From an uncultured delta proteobacterium (GTDB taxonomy: Bacteria; Desulfobacterota; Desulfobaccia; Desulfobaccales; 0-14-0-80-60-11), in NCBI GenBank assembly GCA_963697965.1, contig OY969108.1:246467-310466 (forward strand): 64,000 nt of DNA, read 5' to 3'. The translations under genes were made by a program, and so were the position numbers. Shown here one piece after another: positions 17,014 to 24,454 of the stretch (position 1 is its first letter; the number at the start of each line of letters is the position of its first letter). The notes below the pieces were generated by a model, which saw only the letters and a list, made by a program, of their open reading frames with translations, was not told the origin of the DNA and ran no database searches.

Positions 17014-17602
17014 ATGAAGATAATGCTGCCCATCGGACCCCTGATGATCGAACACCGCCTCATTGAGCGCCTGGTTGCCCTCATGAAGCAGGAGTTGGCC
17101 CGCCTTAAGGACAACGTTCGCGGTGGCGGCGGAGTTTGCCTTTGTGGACCCGGTCTTCATCGACACCGCGGTCGATTTCATCAGGACCTACGCCGGCCGC
17201 ACCCACCATGGCAAAGAGGAAGGCATCCTGTTCGCGGCCCTGGCCGGCAAGGACCTGACCCCGGAGCACCGCCAGACCATGGAGGAATTGATCGAGGACC
17301 ACCGCTGGGGCGAGCGGACCCTCGCCTCGCTGCTCCAGGCCAAGAATGACTATCTCCTGGAAAAAGCCGGTGCCCTGCCAGACCTCCTGCTGCATCTGGA
17401 GTCGCTGGCGGTTTTCTATCCCAACCATATTGAAAAAGAAGACAAACACTTCTTCCTGCCCAGCATGGGCTATTTCAGCGAGGCCGAAAAGGCGCAGATG
17501 CTGGAGCGCATCTGGGAATTCGACCGCAAGATGATCCATGAAACCTATCAACGCCAGGTGGAAGGCCTGGAACACGGGAAGGGCTGCAAGACGTGTAAGT
17601 AG
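17014..17602 (+). pseudogene. hemerythrin-like metal-binding protein, split by a 1-nt frameshift (or base-call error)
   Basis: The N-terminus MLPIGPLMIEHRLIERLVALM is in frame 1. The remainder (FVDPVFIDTAVDFIRTYAGRTHHGKEE...HIEKEDKHFF) is in frame 2 from about 17123. Confidence 0.7.
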
Positions 17603-17634
17603 GCGGCCCCTTGCGGGCCCCCCCCATAAAATCC

Positions 17635-17673
17635 TTTTTTAGGTTGGGGCCTCAGGTGCTCCAGCCTAAAAAA
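17635..17673. terminator. bidirectional terminator-like hairpin (T-tract, stem, A-tract)
   Basis: TTTTTTAGGTTGG ggcctcaggtgct CCAGCCTAAAAAAA, between the hemerythrin-like gene and cobA/hemD. Confidence 0.5.
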
Positions 17674-17689
17674 ATGATACTATCAATAT

Positions 17690-19213
17690 ATGGTCTATTT
17701 AGTCGGGGCGGGGCCGGGTGATCCTGGCCTGATCACGGTCAAGGGCTTGGCGGTGTTGCGCCGCGCCCAGGTGGTGGTCCACGACCAGTTGGCCAGCCCG
17801 GAACTCCTCAAGGAGGCCCCAGCGGCAGCGGAGATCATTGACGCCGGCAAGCAGGCCGGGGCCCATACCCTGCCCCAGGAGCGGATCAACGAGATTTTAG
17901 TGGCCAGGGCCAGGGCCGGCCTTACGGTGGTGCGCCTCAAAGGCGGCGACCCCTTCGTCTTCGGCCGCGGCGGCGAAGAGGCCGAGGAACTGGCCAAGGC
18001 CGGCGTCCCCTTTGAAATCGTGCCCGGGGTGACCGCGGCGGTGGCGGTGCCGGCCTATGCCGGCATCCCGGTAACCCACCGGCGCTACACCACCCTGGTG
18101 ACCTTGATCACCGGCCACGAAGACCCCAACAAGGAGGCCAGCGCCATCCCCTGGGAGGCCCTGGGCCAAAATACCGGTACCCTGGTCTTCCTCATGGGGG
18201 TGAAGAACCTGCCGGAGATTTGCCGGCAGCTGGTGGCCAAGGGGCGCGACCCGCGGACCCCGGCGGCGGTGATCGAAAAGGGCGCCACCCTGGCGCAGCG
18301 CACCGTGACCGGCACCCTGGCCGACCTGGCCTCCAAGGCCCGGGAGGCGGCCATTAAGCCCCCGGCGATCCTGGTGGTGGGCCAGGTGGTGGAACTGCGG
18401 CAACGCCTTAAATGGTGGGAGACCCGGCCCCTGTGGGGCAAGACCGTGGTGGTGACCCGCTCCCGGCAGCAGGCCGGCAAGTTGACGGCGTTGCTGGCTG
18501 CGGCCGGGGCCCGCTGCCTGGAGGTGCCCACCCTGGAGATCGGTCCTCCGGACGATTTTGCGCCCCTGGATGAGGCCCTGGCGCGCCTCAGCCAGTTCCA
18601 GTGGCTGGTTTTCACCAGCGCCAACGGGGTGGCGGCCTTTATGGCCCGACTCTTTGGCCGGGGACAGGACGTGCGGGCCCTGGGCCAGACCAGGATCGCG
18701 GCCATCGGTCCGGCCACCGCCCAGGCCCTGGAGGAGTTTGGCCTCAGGGCCGACGTGGTGCCCGGCGCCTTCAAGGCCGAGGTCCTGCTCCAGGCCCTGT
18801 CGCCCCTGGTGGCCCCCGACAGCCGCATCCTGCTGGCCCGGGCCCAGATCGCCCGGGAGGTGCTGCCCCAGGGGCTGCTTCGGCTGGGCGCCGCGGAGGT
18901 CAAGGTAGCCCCGGTTTACCAGACCACGGCGCCGCGGGAGCTCCCCCCGGAGGCGGCAGCCGCCCTGAAGGAAGGGGCGGTGGACGTCCTCACCTTCACC
19001 AGCTCCGCCACGGTCCACAATTTCGCCAAGCTATTGGGGAAAGAGCGCTTTCAGAAATTAGCCGCCAAGGCGGTCGTGGCTGCCATCGGCCCGATTACCT
19101 CGGCGACGCTCAAGGAATACGGCATCACTCCCCAAATTGAGCCGCAAGAATACCTCATCCCCGCTTTGGTGAAAGCAGTGATCGATTTTTTCCAGGAGCG
19201 GTCAGGCGATTGA
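17690..19213 (+). CDS. cobA/hemD: uroporphyrinogen-III C-methyltransferase / uroporphyrinogen-III synthase fusion
   Basis: N-terminal SUMT motif LVGAGPGDPGLITVKG plus a C-terminal ~250-aa HemD-like half; 507 aa. Confidence 0.85.
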   Translation: MVYLVGAGPGDPGLITVKGLAVLRRAQVVVHDQLASPELLKEAPAAAEIIDAGKQAGAHTLPQERINEILVARARAGLTVVRLKGGDPFVFGRGGEEAEELAKAGVPFEIVPGVTAAVAVPAYAGIPVTHRRYTTLVTLITGHEDPNKEASAIPWEALGQNTGTLVFLMGVKNLPEICRQLVAKGRDPRTPAAVIEKGATLAQRTVTGTLADLASKAREAAIKPPAILVVGQVVELRQRLKWWETRPLWGKTVVVTRSRQQAGKLTALLAAAGARCLEVPTLEIGPPDDFAPLDEALARLSQFQWLVFTSANGVAAFMARLFGRGQDVRALGQTRIAAIGPATAQALEEFGLRADVVPGAFKAEVLLQALSPLVAPDSRILLARAQIAREVLPQGLLRLGAAEVKVAPVYQTTAPRELPPEAAAALKEGAVDVLTFTSSATVHNFAKLLGKERFQKLAAKAVVAAIGPITSATLKEYGITPQIEPQEYLIPALVKAVIDFFQERSGD

Positions 19214-19217
19214 TGAT

Positions 19218-19290
19218 TGTAGGGGCGGGTTTTAAACCGGACCCCACCCCCTCCTCAACCCTCCCCCCTCCAGGGGGAGGGGGTTAAACC
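19218..19290. repeat. GC-rich palindromes (GTAGGGGCGGGTTTTAAACC... ; CCCTCCCCCCTCCAGGGGGAGGGGG)
   Basis: Read directly. Related to elements at 45682, 50401, 61918 and 48250-48354. Confidence 0.75.
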
Positions 19291-19349
19291 GTTACGGTTT
19301 TGATGGATTTTCGGTTCTGGCGCGGCGAACCATTTTCAGCGAAGTTTTT

Positions 19350-19485
19350 TCTGGTTCCCAAGCTCCTGCTTGGGAACCTTCCTGGGTGCAAAGCTCTGCT
19401 TTGCAATGAGCAACTGGCGCCTCGATAAAGGATTGCCCAAGCAGAGCTTGGGCCAAAAATGGCGTTCCCAAGCGGGAGCTTGGGA
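19350..19485 (+). repeat. GTTCCCAAGC...GCTTGGGAAC hairpin repeat cluster
   Basis: Three related palindromes: GGTTCCCAAGCTCCTGCTTGGGAACC, CCCAAGCAGAGCTTGGG and TTCCCAAGCGGGAGCTTGGGAA. The first part is paralogous to 10092-10146. Confidence 0.75.
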
Positions 19486-19575
19486 AAGAGTGCCAAAAAA
19501 CCTTATGCCCTCCTCACCTCAACCCTATCCCCCGTTGGGGGAGAGGGAGTTAGTACTTTACTTGCTTAGCTTTTA

Positions 19576-19608
19576 CTAACTACTGGTTACTGACTACTGA
19601 CTACTGAC
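19576..19608 (+). repeat. (CTACTGA)n-type word repeat abutting the helicase start codon
   Basis: CTAACTACTGGTTACTGACTACTGACTACTGAC ends 3 nt before ATG 19612. Same word family as 44333-44362 and 44524-44550. Confidence 0.8.
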
Positions 19609-19611
19609 AAA

Positions 19612-21573
19612 ATGCCAAACCGAATCATAGCCATACCTGAGGAAGCCCCGGGGCCGCGCATCGATTATCAGCAGGAGCTCAATCCCGCCCAGTATCAGGC
19701 GGTGACCACCCTGGAGGGCCCCATCCTGGTGATTGCCGGCGCCGGCAGCGGCAAGACCCGCACCCTGGTCTACCGCCTGGCCTACCTGGTGGAGCAGGGG
19801 GTGGACCCCGGGGCCATTTTGCTCCTCACCTTTACCCGCAAATCCGCCCACGAGATGCTGTCCCGGGCGGTGCGGCTGCTGGACCGGCCCCTGGCGCAGG
19901 TCACCGGGGGCACCTTCCACGGCGTCTGCTACCAGTGGCTGCGGCAATACGGCGACCGGGTGGGCTACCCCCACGGGTTCACCGTCATGGACCGCGGCGA
20001 CCAGGGCGACCTGCTCAACATGCTCAAGGAGCGCTACGGCTTCAAACATCCGGCCGGCGCCTTTCCCCGCAAGGAGACCATGGCGGAGATCTTCAGCGCC
20101 GTGATCAACAAGAGCGCCCCCCTGGAAGAGCTGCTGGTCCGGGACTATCCCCAGTTTCAGGAGCGGCAGGAAGAACTGGCCAGGCTCCATAAAGGCTACA
20201 GGCAGGAGAAGCGCCGCCAGCATCTGATGGACTATGACGACCTGCTGGTGGAGGGCCGGCAGCTGTTAGAGTCGCACGAAGACGTGCGCCGCCAGTTGTC
20301 GGAGCGTTTTCGCTATCTGATGGTGGACGAATACCAGGACACCAACCGGCTGCAGGCGGAATTGGTGCGGCTGCTGGCCTACAGCCACCAAAACGTCATG
20401 GCCGTGGGGGACGACTCCCAATCGATCTACTCCTTCCGGGGCGCCGATTTCCGCAATATCATGGACTTCCCGCGGCTCTTCCCGGGGACCCGGGTCATCA
20501 AGCTGGAGGAGAACTACCGCAGCACCCAGCCCATCCTGGACCTGGCCAACGCGGTCATTGCCGGGGCCCGGGAAAAGTACACCAAGTGTCTGTTCAGCCG
20601 CAAGCCGGACGGCCAGCGGCCCCGGCTCTTCCGCACCGCCAGCGAAAACGAACAATCCCGCCTGGTGGTTTCCCAGATACAGGAGCTGCAAAGAGAGGGC
20701 GTCCCCCTGAAAGAGGTGGCGGTGCTGGTGCGGGCCGGCTATCATTCCTTCGACCTGGAGATCGAACTGGCCAGGATAGGCCTGCACTTCATCAAGGTCG
20801 GCGGCTTCAAGTTCGTGGAAAGCGCCCACATCAAGGATATCCTGGCCTTCCTGCGGGTGGTGGCCAACCCCAAGGATGCCCTGAGCTGGCACCGGTTGCT
20901 GCTGCTGGTGCCGGGAGTGGGCCGCCAGGCCTGCGCCAAATTCGATGCCCACCTGGCCAATGATTTTACCCTAACAGCCGCCCTGGAGTACCTCCGGAAC
21001 CAGCGCCGGCCGGCCCAGTTGGCGGAGCTGGCCGGGCTGATGAAGCGCCTCCACGAACCCGGCCAGGCCGTGGTGGCCCTGATGACCCAGGCCCTGGAGT
21101 TCTATGAGCCCCTGGCCCGGGATCACTATGATGACTATCCGAGACGGATGAAGGACCTGGAACACCTGCTGGCCATTGCCAGCCGCTACCGCGATCTGCG
21201 GACCTTCCTGAACGACCTGACCCTGGAGCCGCCCGCCAGCGTGGCCGAGCTGACCCCACCCCCCCAGGATTACCTGACCGTCTCCACCATCCACTCCGCT
21301 AAGGGGCTGGAATGGGAAGCGGTCCTGGTCCTCTGGGCCGCGGAAGGCCGCTTCCCGGGCTCCTACTCCCAGGAGCGGGAGGACGAAATGGAAGAGGAAC
21401 GCCGGCTGATGTACGTGGCCATCACCCGGGCCCGGAAATACCTGGGGATCGCCTACCCTGCCATCGGCTACAGCCGCCAGTTCGGGATGACGATCAATTC
21501 GCCCTCCCGCTTCATCGCCGACATCCCCCGGGGCTTGCTGGAACCCTGGCGGGCGGAGGTGGAGGAATGGTGA
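19612..21573 (+). CDS. UvrD/Rep/PcrA-family ATP-dependent DNA helicase
   Basis: AGAGSGKT Walker A, DEYQDTN, and TIHSAKGLEW/YVAITRA motifs; 653 aa. Confidence 0.9.
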   Translation: MPNRIIAIPEEAPGPRIDYQQELNPAQYQAVTTLEGPILVIAGAGSGKTRTLVYRLAYLVEQGVDPGAILLLTFTRKSAHEMLSRAVRLLDRPLAQVTGGTFHGVCYQWLRQYGDRVGYPHGFTVMDRGDQGDLLNMLKERYGFKHPAGAFPRKETMAEIFSAVINKSAPLEELLVRDYPQFQERQEELARLHKGYRQEKRRQHLMDYDDLLVEGRQLLESHEDVRRQLSERFRYLMVDEYQDTNRLQAELVRLLAYSHQNVMAVGDDSQSIYSFRGADFRNIMDFPRLFPGTRVIKLEENYRSTQPILDLANAVIAGAREKYTKCLFSRKPDGQRPRLFRTASENEQSRLVVSQIQELQREGVPLKEVAVLVRAGYHSFDLEIELARIGLHFIKVGGFKFVESAHIKDILAFLRVVANPKDALSWHRLLLLVPGVGRQACAKFDAHLANDFTLTAALEYLRNQRRPAQLAELAGLMKRLHEPGQAVVALMTQALEFYEPLARDHYDDYPRRMKDLEHLLAIASRYRDLRTFLNDLTLEPPASVAELTPPPQDYLTVSTIHSAKGLEWEAVLVLWAAEGRFPGSYSQEREDEMEEERRLMYVAITRARKYLGIAYPAIGYSRQFGMTINSPSRFIADIPRGLLEPWRAEVEEW

Positions 21574-21631
21574 AATAGATGGGGAGGAAGGCCAGGGATT
21601 TCATCCCCGCCCTCCCCCACACCTAGTGGAT

Positions 21632-21652
21632 GTAGGGTGGGCACTGCCCACC
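21632..21652. repeat. GGGTGGGCA.TGCCCACC palindrome
   Basis: GTAGGGTGGGCACTGCCCACC. Related copies at 27195-27215 and 45551-45571. Confidence 0.75.
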
Positions 21653-21716
21653 AGTTCCTCCCCTCCCAACCCGAATAAGTTGCTGCGGAAGCCCGGCTTC
21701 CTTAGGGATTGTTTTT

Positions 21717-22655
21717 ATGACACCTTGGGAACCGGCTTATCTGGAGACGCATCGCCGGGGGCTCCTGGAGCCGAAGGTCGCCGCGGCCTACGCCATCTTG
21801 AACCGGTGCACCCTCTGTCCCCACCAGTGCCTGGTGGACCGCCATCACGGGGAACGGGGCCTGTGCCGCACCGGTGACCTGCCCGTCACCTCCTCCTATG
21901 GCCCCCATTTCGGCGAAGAAGACCCCCTGGTGGGCTGCCGCGGCTCCGGTACCATCTTTTTCACCCATTGCAATCTCTACTGCAGCTTCTGCCAGAACTA
22001 TGAGATCAGCCACGGAGGAGAAGGGGAGGAGGTCTCCGTTGCCGACCTGGCGGCCATGATGCTCGCCCTGAAGCAGCGGGGCTGCCACAACCTCAATTTC
22101 GTCACCCCCAGCCACCAAGTTTACCAGATCCTGGCGGCCCTGCCCCTGGCCATCGCCGGCGGCTTGGACCTGCCCCTGGTTTATAACACCGGCGGCTACG
22201 ACGCGGTGGAGACCTTGCGCCTGCTGGACGGGGTGGTGGACATCTACATGCCGGATTTTAAATTCTGGGACCCGTTGGTGGCCGCCGACCTCTGCCAGGC
22301 GGAAGACTACCCCGAGATGGCCCGCCGCGCCCTCAAGGAGATGCACCGCCAGGTGGGGGACCTGGTGGTGGCTGATACCGGGGTGGCAGCCCGGGGCCTG
22401 CTGGTGCGCCACCTGGTGCTGCCCGGCGGCCTGGCCGGCACCCGGGAGGTCATGGAGTTTTTGGCCCGGGAGATTTCTCCGGACACCTATGTCAATGTCA
22501 TGGGCCAGTACCGCCCCTGCGGCCGGGCTGCCGCGCACCCCTTGCTGCGGCAACCCCTCAGCGCCGGGGAATACGCCGAGGCCCGGCGCCTGGCCCGGGA
22601 GGCCGGCCTCACCCACCTGGACCACAGGGAGAAATTGTTCCGGTGGTTGGAATGA
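21717..22655 (+). CDS. radical SAM protein (PflX / COG1313-like)
   Basis: CNLYCSFC (CX3CX2C) cluster motif, N-terminal CTLCPHQC...GLC; 312 aa. Confidence 0.75.
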   Translation: MTPWEPAYLETHRRGLLEPKVAAAYAILNRCTLCPHQCLVDRHHGERGLCRTGDLPVTSSYGPHFGEEDPLVGCRGSGTIFFTHCNLYCSFCQNYEISHGGEGEEVSVADLAAMMLALKQRGCHNLNFVTPSHQVYQILAALPLAIAGGLDLPLVYNTGGYDAVETLRLLDGVVDIYMPDFKFWDPLVAADLCQAEDYPEMARRALKEMHRQVGDLVVADTGVAARGLLVRHLVLPGGLAGTREVMEFLAREISPDTYVNVMGQYRPCGRAAAHPLLRQPLSAGEYAEARRLAREAGLTHLDHREKLFRWLE

Positions 22656-22813
22656 GGTAGCGCCGGTGCCCTCGCCGGCGTAGGAACCGCCGAGGGCGGC
22701 GGTTCTACATTTTAATTCAAGTTATTGATTTGCAGAGCAAAGAATGGCTAGACAGACCCCAACGGAAGCCAAGGGGCTTGATCCTGGACATTAAAAATTC
22801 TAAGAATGTAAAT

Positions 22814-23479
22814 ATGGCCGCAGACATTTACGCCATCGGCGACATTCACGGAAATCTGGACCTGCTGCAGCGTCTCCTGGAAAAGATCCAGCCCGACCTG
22901 GCCAGGGACCGGTTGATTTTTATGGGAGATTACATCGACCGGGGACCGACCCCCAGGGGGGTGGTCGATTATGTCCTCGATCTTAAGAGACAGACGCAGC
23001 CGCAGGAGGTCATCTGCCTCAAAGGCAACCACGAGGCCATGTTCCTCAATTTTTTGCAGGGCCGGGACGTGGAGCTCTTCCTGTACAATGGCGGCTTAAA
23101 CACCCTGCGGGACTATTGGGGCGAGGATTGGGAGCGCCGGGACCAGTTGGTTCTGCCCCCGGAGCACCGTAAATTTTTCGAGGGGCTGCGCCTCTATTAT
23201 GAAACCCCCGATTACCTCTTCGTCCACGGCGGCCTCAAACCCGGGATTCCCCCGGCGGAGCAGGATGAAGAAGACCTGCTGTGGATCAGGGGGGATTTCA
23301 TCGCCTCCCTGGAAGATTTCGGCAAGAAGATAATCTTCGGCCATACCCCCTTTCAGCAGCCCCTGGTGATGCCCAACAAGATCGGCATCGACACCGGCGC
23401 CGCCTACGGCAACCGGCTCACCTGCCTCAAACTCCCCCGGGAAGAATTCATCTCGGTGGGCCATGAATCGGGCGGCTGA
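22814..23479 (+). CDS. metallophosphoesterase (PrpA/ApaH-like Ser/Thr phosphatase family)
   Basis: GDIHGN, GDYIDRGP, GNHE and GHT motifs. The ORF is open from TTG 22730, but ATG 22814 (MAADIYAIGDIHGN) fits the family N-terminus. Confidence 0.8.
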   Translation: MAADIYAIGDIHGNLDLLQRLLEKIQPDLARDRLIFMGDYIDRGPTPRGVVDYVLDLKRQTQPQEVICLKGNHEAMFLNFLQGRDVELFLYNGGLNTLRDYWGEDWERRDQLVLPPEHRKFFEGLRLYYETPDYLFVHGGLKPGIPPAEQDEEDLLWIRGDFIASLEDFGKKIIFGHTPFQQPLVMPNKIGIDTGAAYGNRLTCLKLPREEFISVGHESGG

Positions 23480-23593
23480 GATTAGAGCTGATTAAGCCCG
23501 GCGGCCGCAGGCGCTGAGGCGCGGCTAGCTGCGCCCGCCGGGCGGAGGCAGGCTCCCTGCCTTTACCCACACCGGCTGAGAGCAGGCGGAGTA

Positions 23594-24031
23594 TTATTTT
23601 TTTCCACCCTGGAGGCGCGCCAGGGTCTCCTGCAGCAGCCTCTGCACTTCCTGAATATGGGCTTCATCCCGATAGCGCTGCCGCGGCCAGAAGAAGCCCT
23701 TCAAGCCGTCCCGGCGCCGCCGGGGCACCACGTGGATGTGCAGGTGGGGGACGCTCTGGCTGATGCGGTTGTTGATGGCCACGAAGGAGCCTTCGGCCTC
23801 AAGGCCCGCTTCCAGGGCCCGGGCCAGCAGCGCCGCGCCGGCAAACAGGGGTTTGAGGAGGGCGGTCGGCAAATCCGGCAGGGTCGGATAATGGCCCTTG
23901 GGCACCAGCAACAGGTGCCCGGGGAACAGGGGCTTATGGTCCAGGAAGGCCAGGGAGAACTCGTCCTCGAACACCTCGTAGGCGGGCAGCTCCCGGGAAA
24001 TGATGCGGCAGAATTTGCAGGGTAATTCCAT
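23594..24031 (-). CDS. HIT (histidine triad) family protein
   Basis: HLHIHVVPR triad and N-terminal CKFCRII. The longest ORF start (TTG 24049) lies inside the GTTCAAA word repeat; ATG 24031 (MELPCKFC) is more plausible. Confidence 0.85.
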   Translation of the reverse strand: MELPCKFCRIISRELPAYEVFEDEFSLAFLDHKPLFPGHLLLVPKGHYPTLPDLPTALLKPLFAGAALLARALEAGLEAEGSFVAINNRISQSVPHLHIHVVPRRRRDGLKGFFWPRQRYRDEAHIQEVQRLLQETLARLQGGKK

Positions 24032-24035
24032 GGCT

Positions 24036-24234
24036 GGTTCAAAGTTCAAGGTTCAAAGTTCAAAGTTGAGACCTTTGCGAAAGTCCCCACTTTTGTCATT
24101 CTGAGGGAGCGAATAATCTCATAAATACAAGGAAATACGAGATCCTTCGCTTCGCACCGGATGACAAATTTGCTTTTCGCAGAGGTCTCAAGTTGGACAT
24201 AGGCGTGATTAACCTTGAACCTTGAACTTTGAAC
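24036..24234. repeat. ~200-nt nested inverted-repeat element with (GTTCAAA)n termini
   Basis: The left arm GGTTCAAAGTTCAAGGTTCAAAGTTCAAAGTTGAGACCTTTGCGAAA is inverted in the right arm TTTTCGCAGAGGTCTCAAGTT...AACCTTGAACCTTGAACTTTGAAC. An inner pair is TTGTCATTCTGAGGGAGCGAA / TTCGCTTCGCACCGGATGACAA. Confidence 0.8.
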
Positions 24235-24287
24235 TAAAATTCCAACGCCGGCGGGCGGCGCTCCCCAACCCTCACTCCCCGGGAAGC

Positions 24288-24316
24288 TTGACAGGCACCC
24301 CTCAGTACAGTAATTT
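24288..24316 (+). promoter_or_regulatory. sigma70-type promoter upstream of secDF
   Basis: TTGACA (24288-24293), 17-nt spacer, TAATTT (24311-24316). Confidence 0.55.
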
Positions 24317-24327
24317 AAGCATGTTCG

Positions 24328-24373
24328 GCGAACTCGGGGTCTGGTTCAGGGTACCCCGAAAGCTTCGCTTTTT
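24328..24373 (+). terminator. terminator-like hairpin in the secDF leader
   Basis: GCGAA..CGGGGT, 12-nt loop, ACCCCG...TTCGC, then TTTTT. Starts about 5 nt after the predicted transcription start. Confidence 0.45.
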
Positions 24374-24454
24374 CCAGAAGAATCAGCAATCCGGGCAAAA
24401 AGGAAGCCGCGGCCCGGCCGCGCCCTTTGCCTCGGCCTCCAAGGAGATATCGAG

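Noticed and set aside
13212-22625. Other long antisense ORFs (13212-13970, 14366-15415, 15784-16947, 17897-19018, 19594-20223, 21702-22625 and similar)
   Set aside because: Each mirrors a conserved gene on the other strand (pyrB, pyrC, DUF362, cobA/hemD, helicase, radical SAM). Each has an Arg/Gly/Pro/His-rich composition with no motifs.
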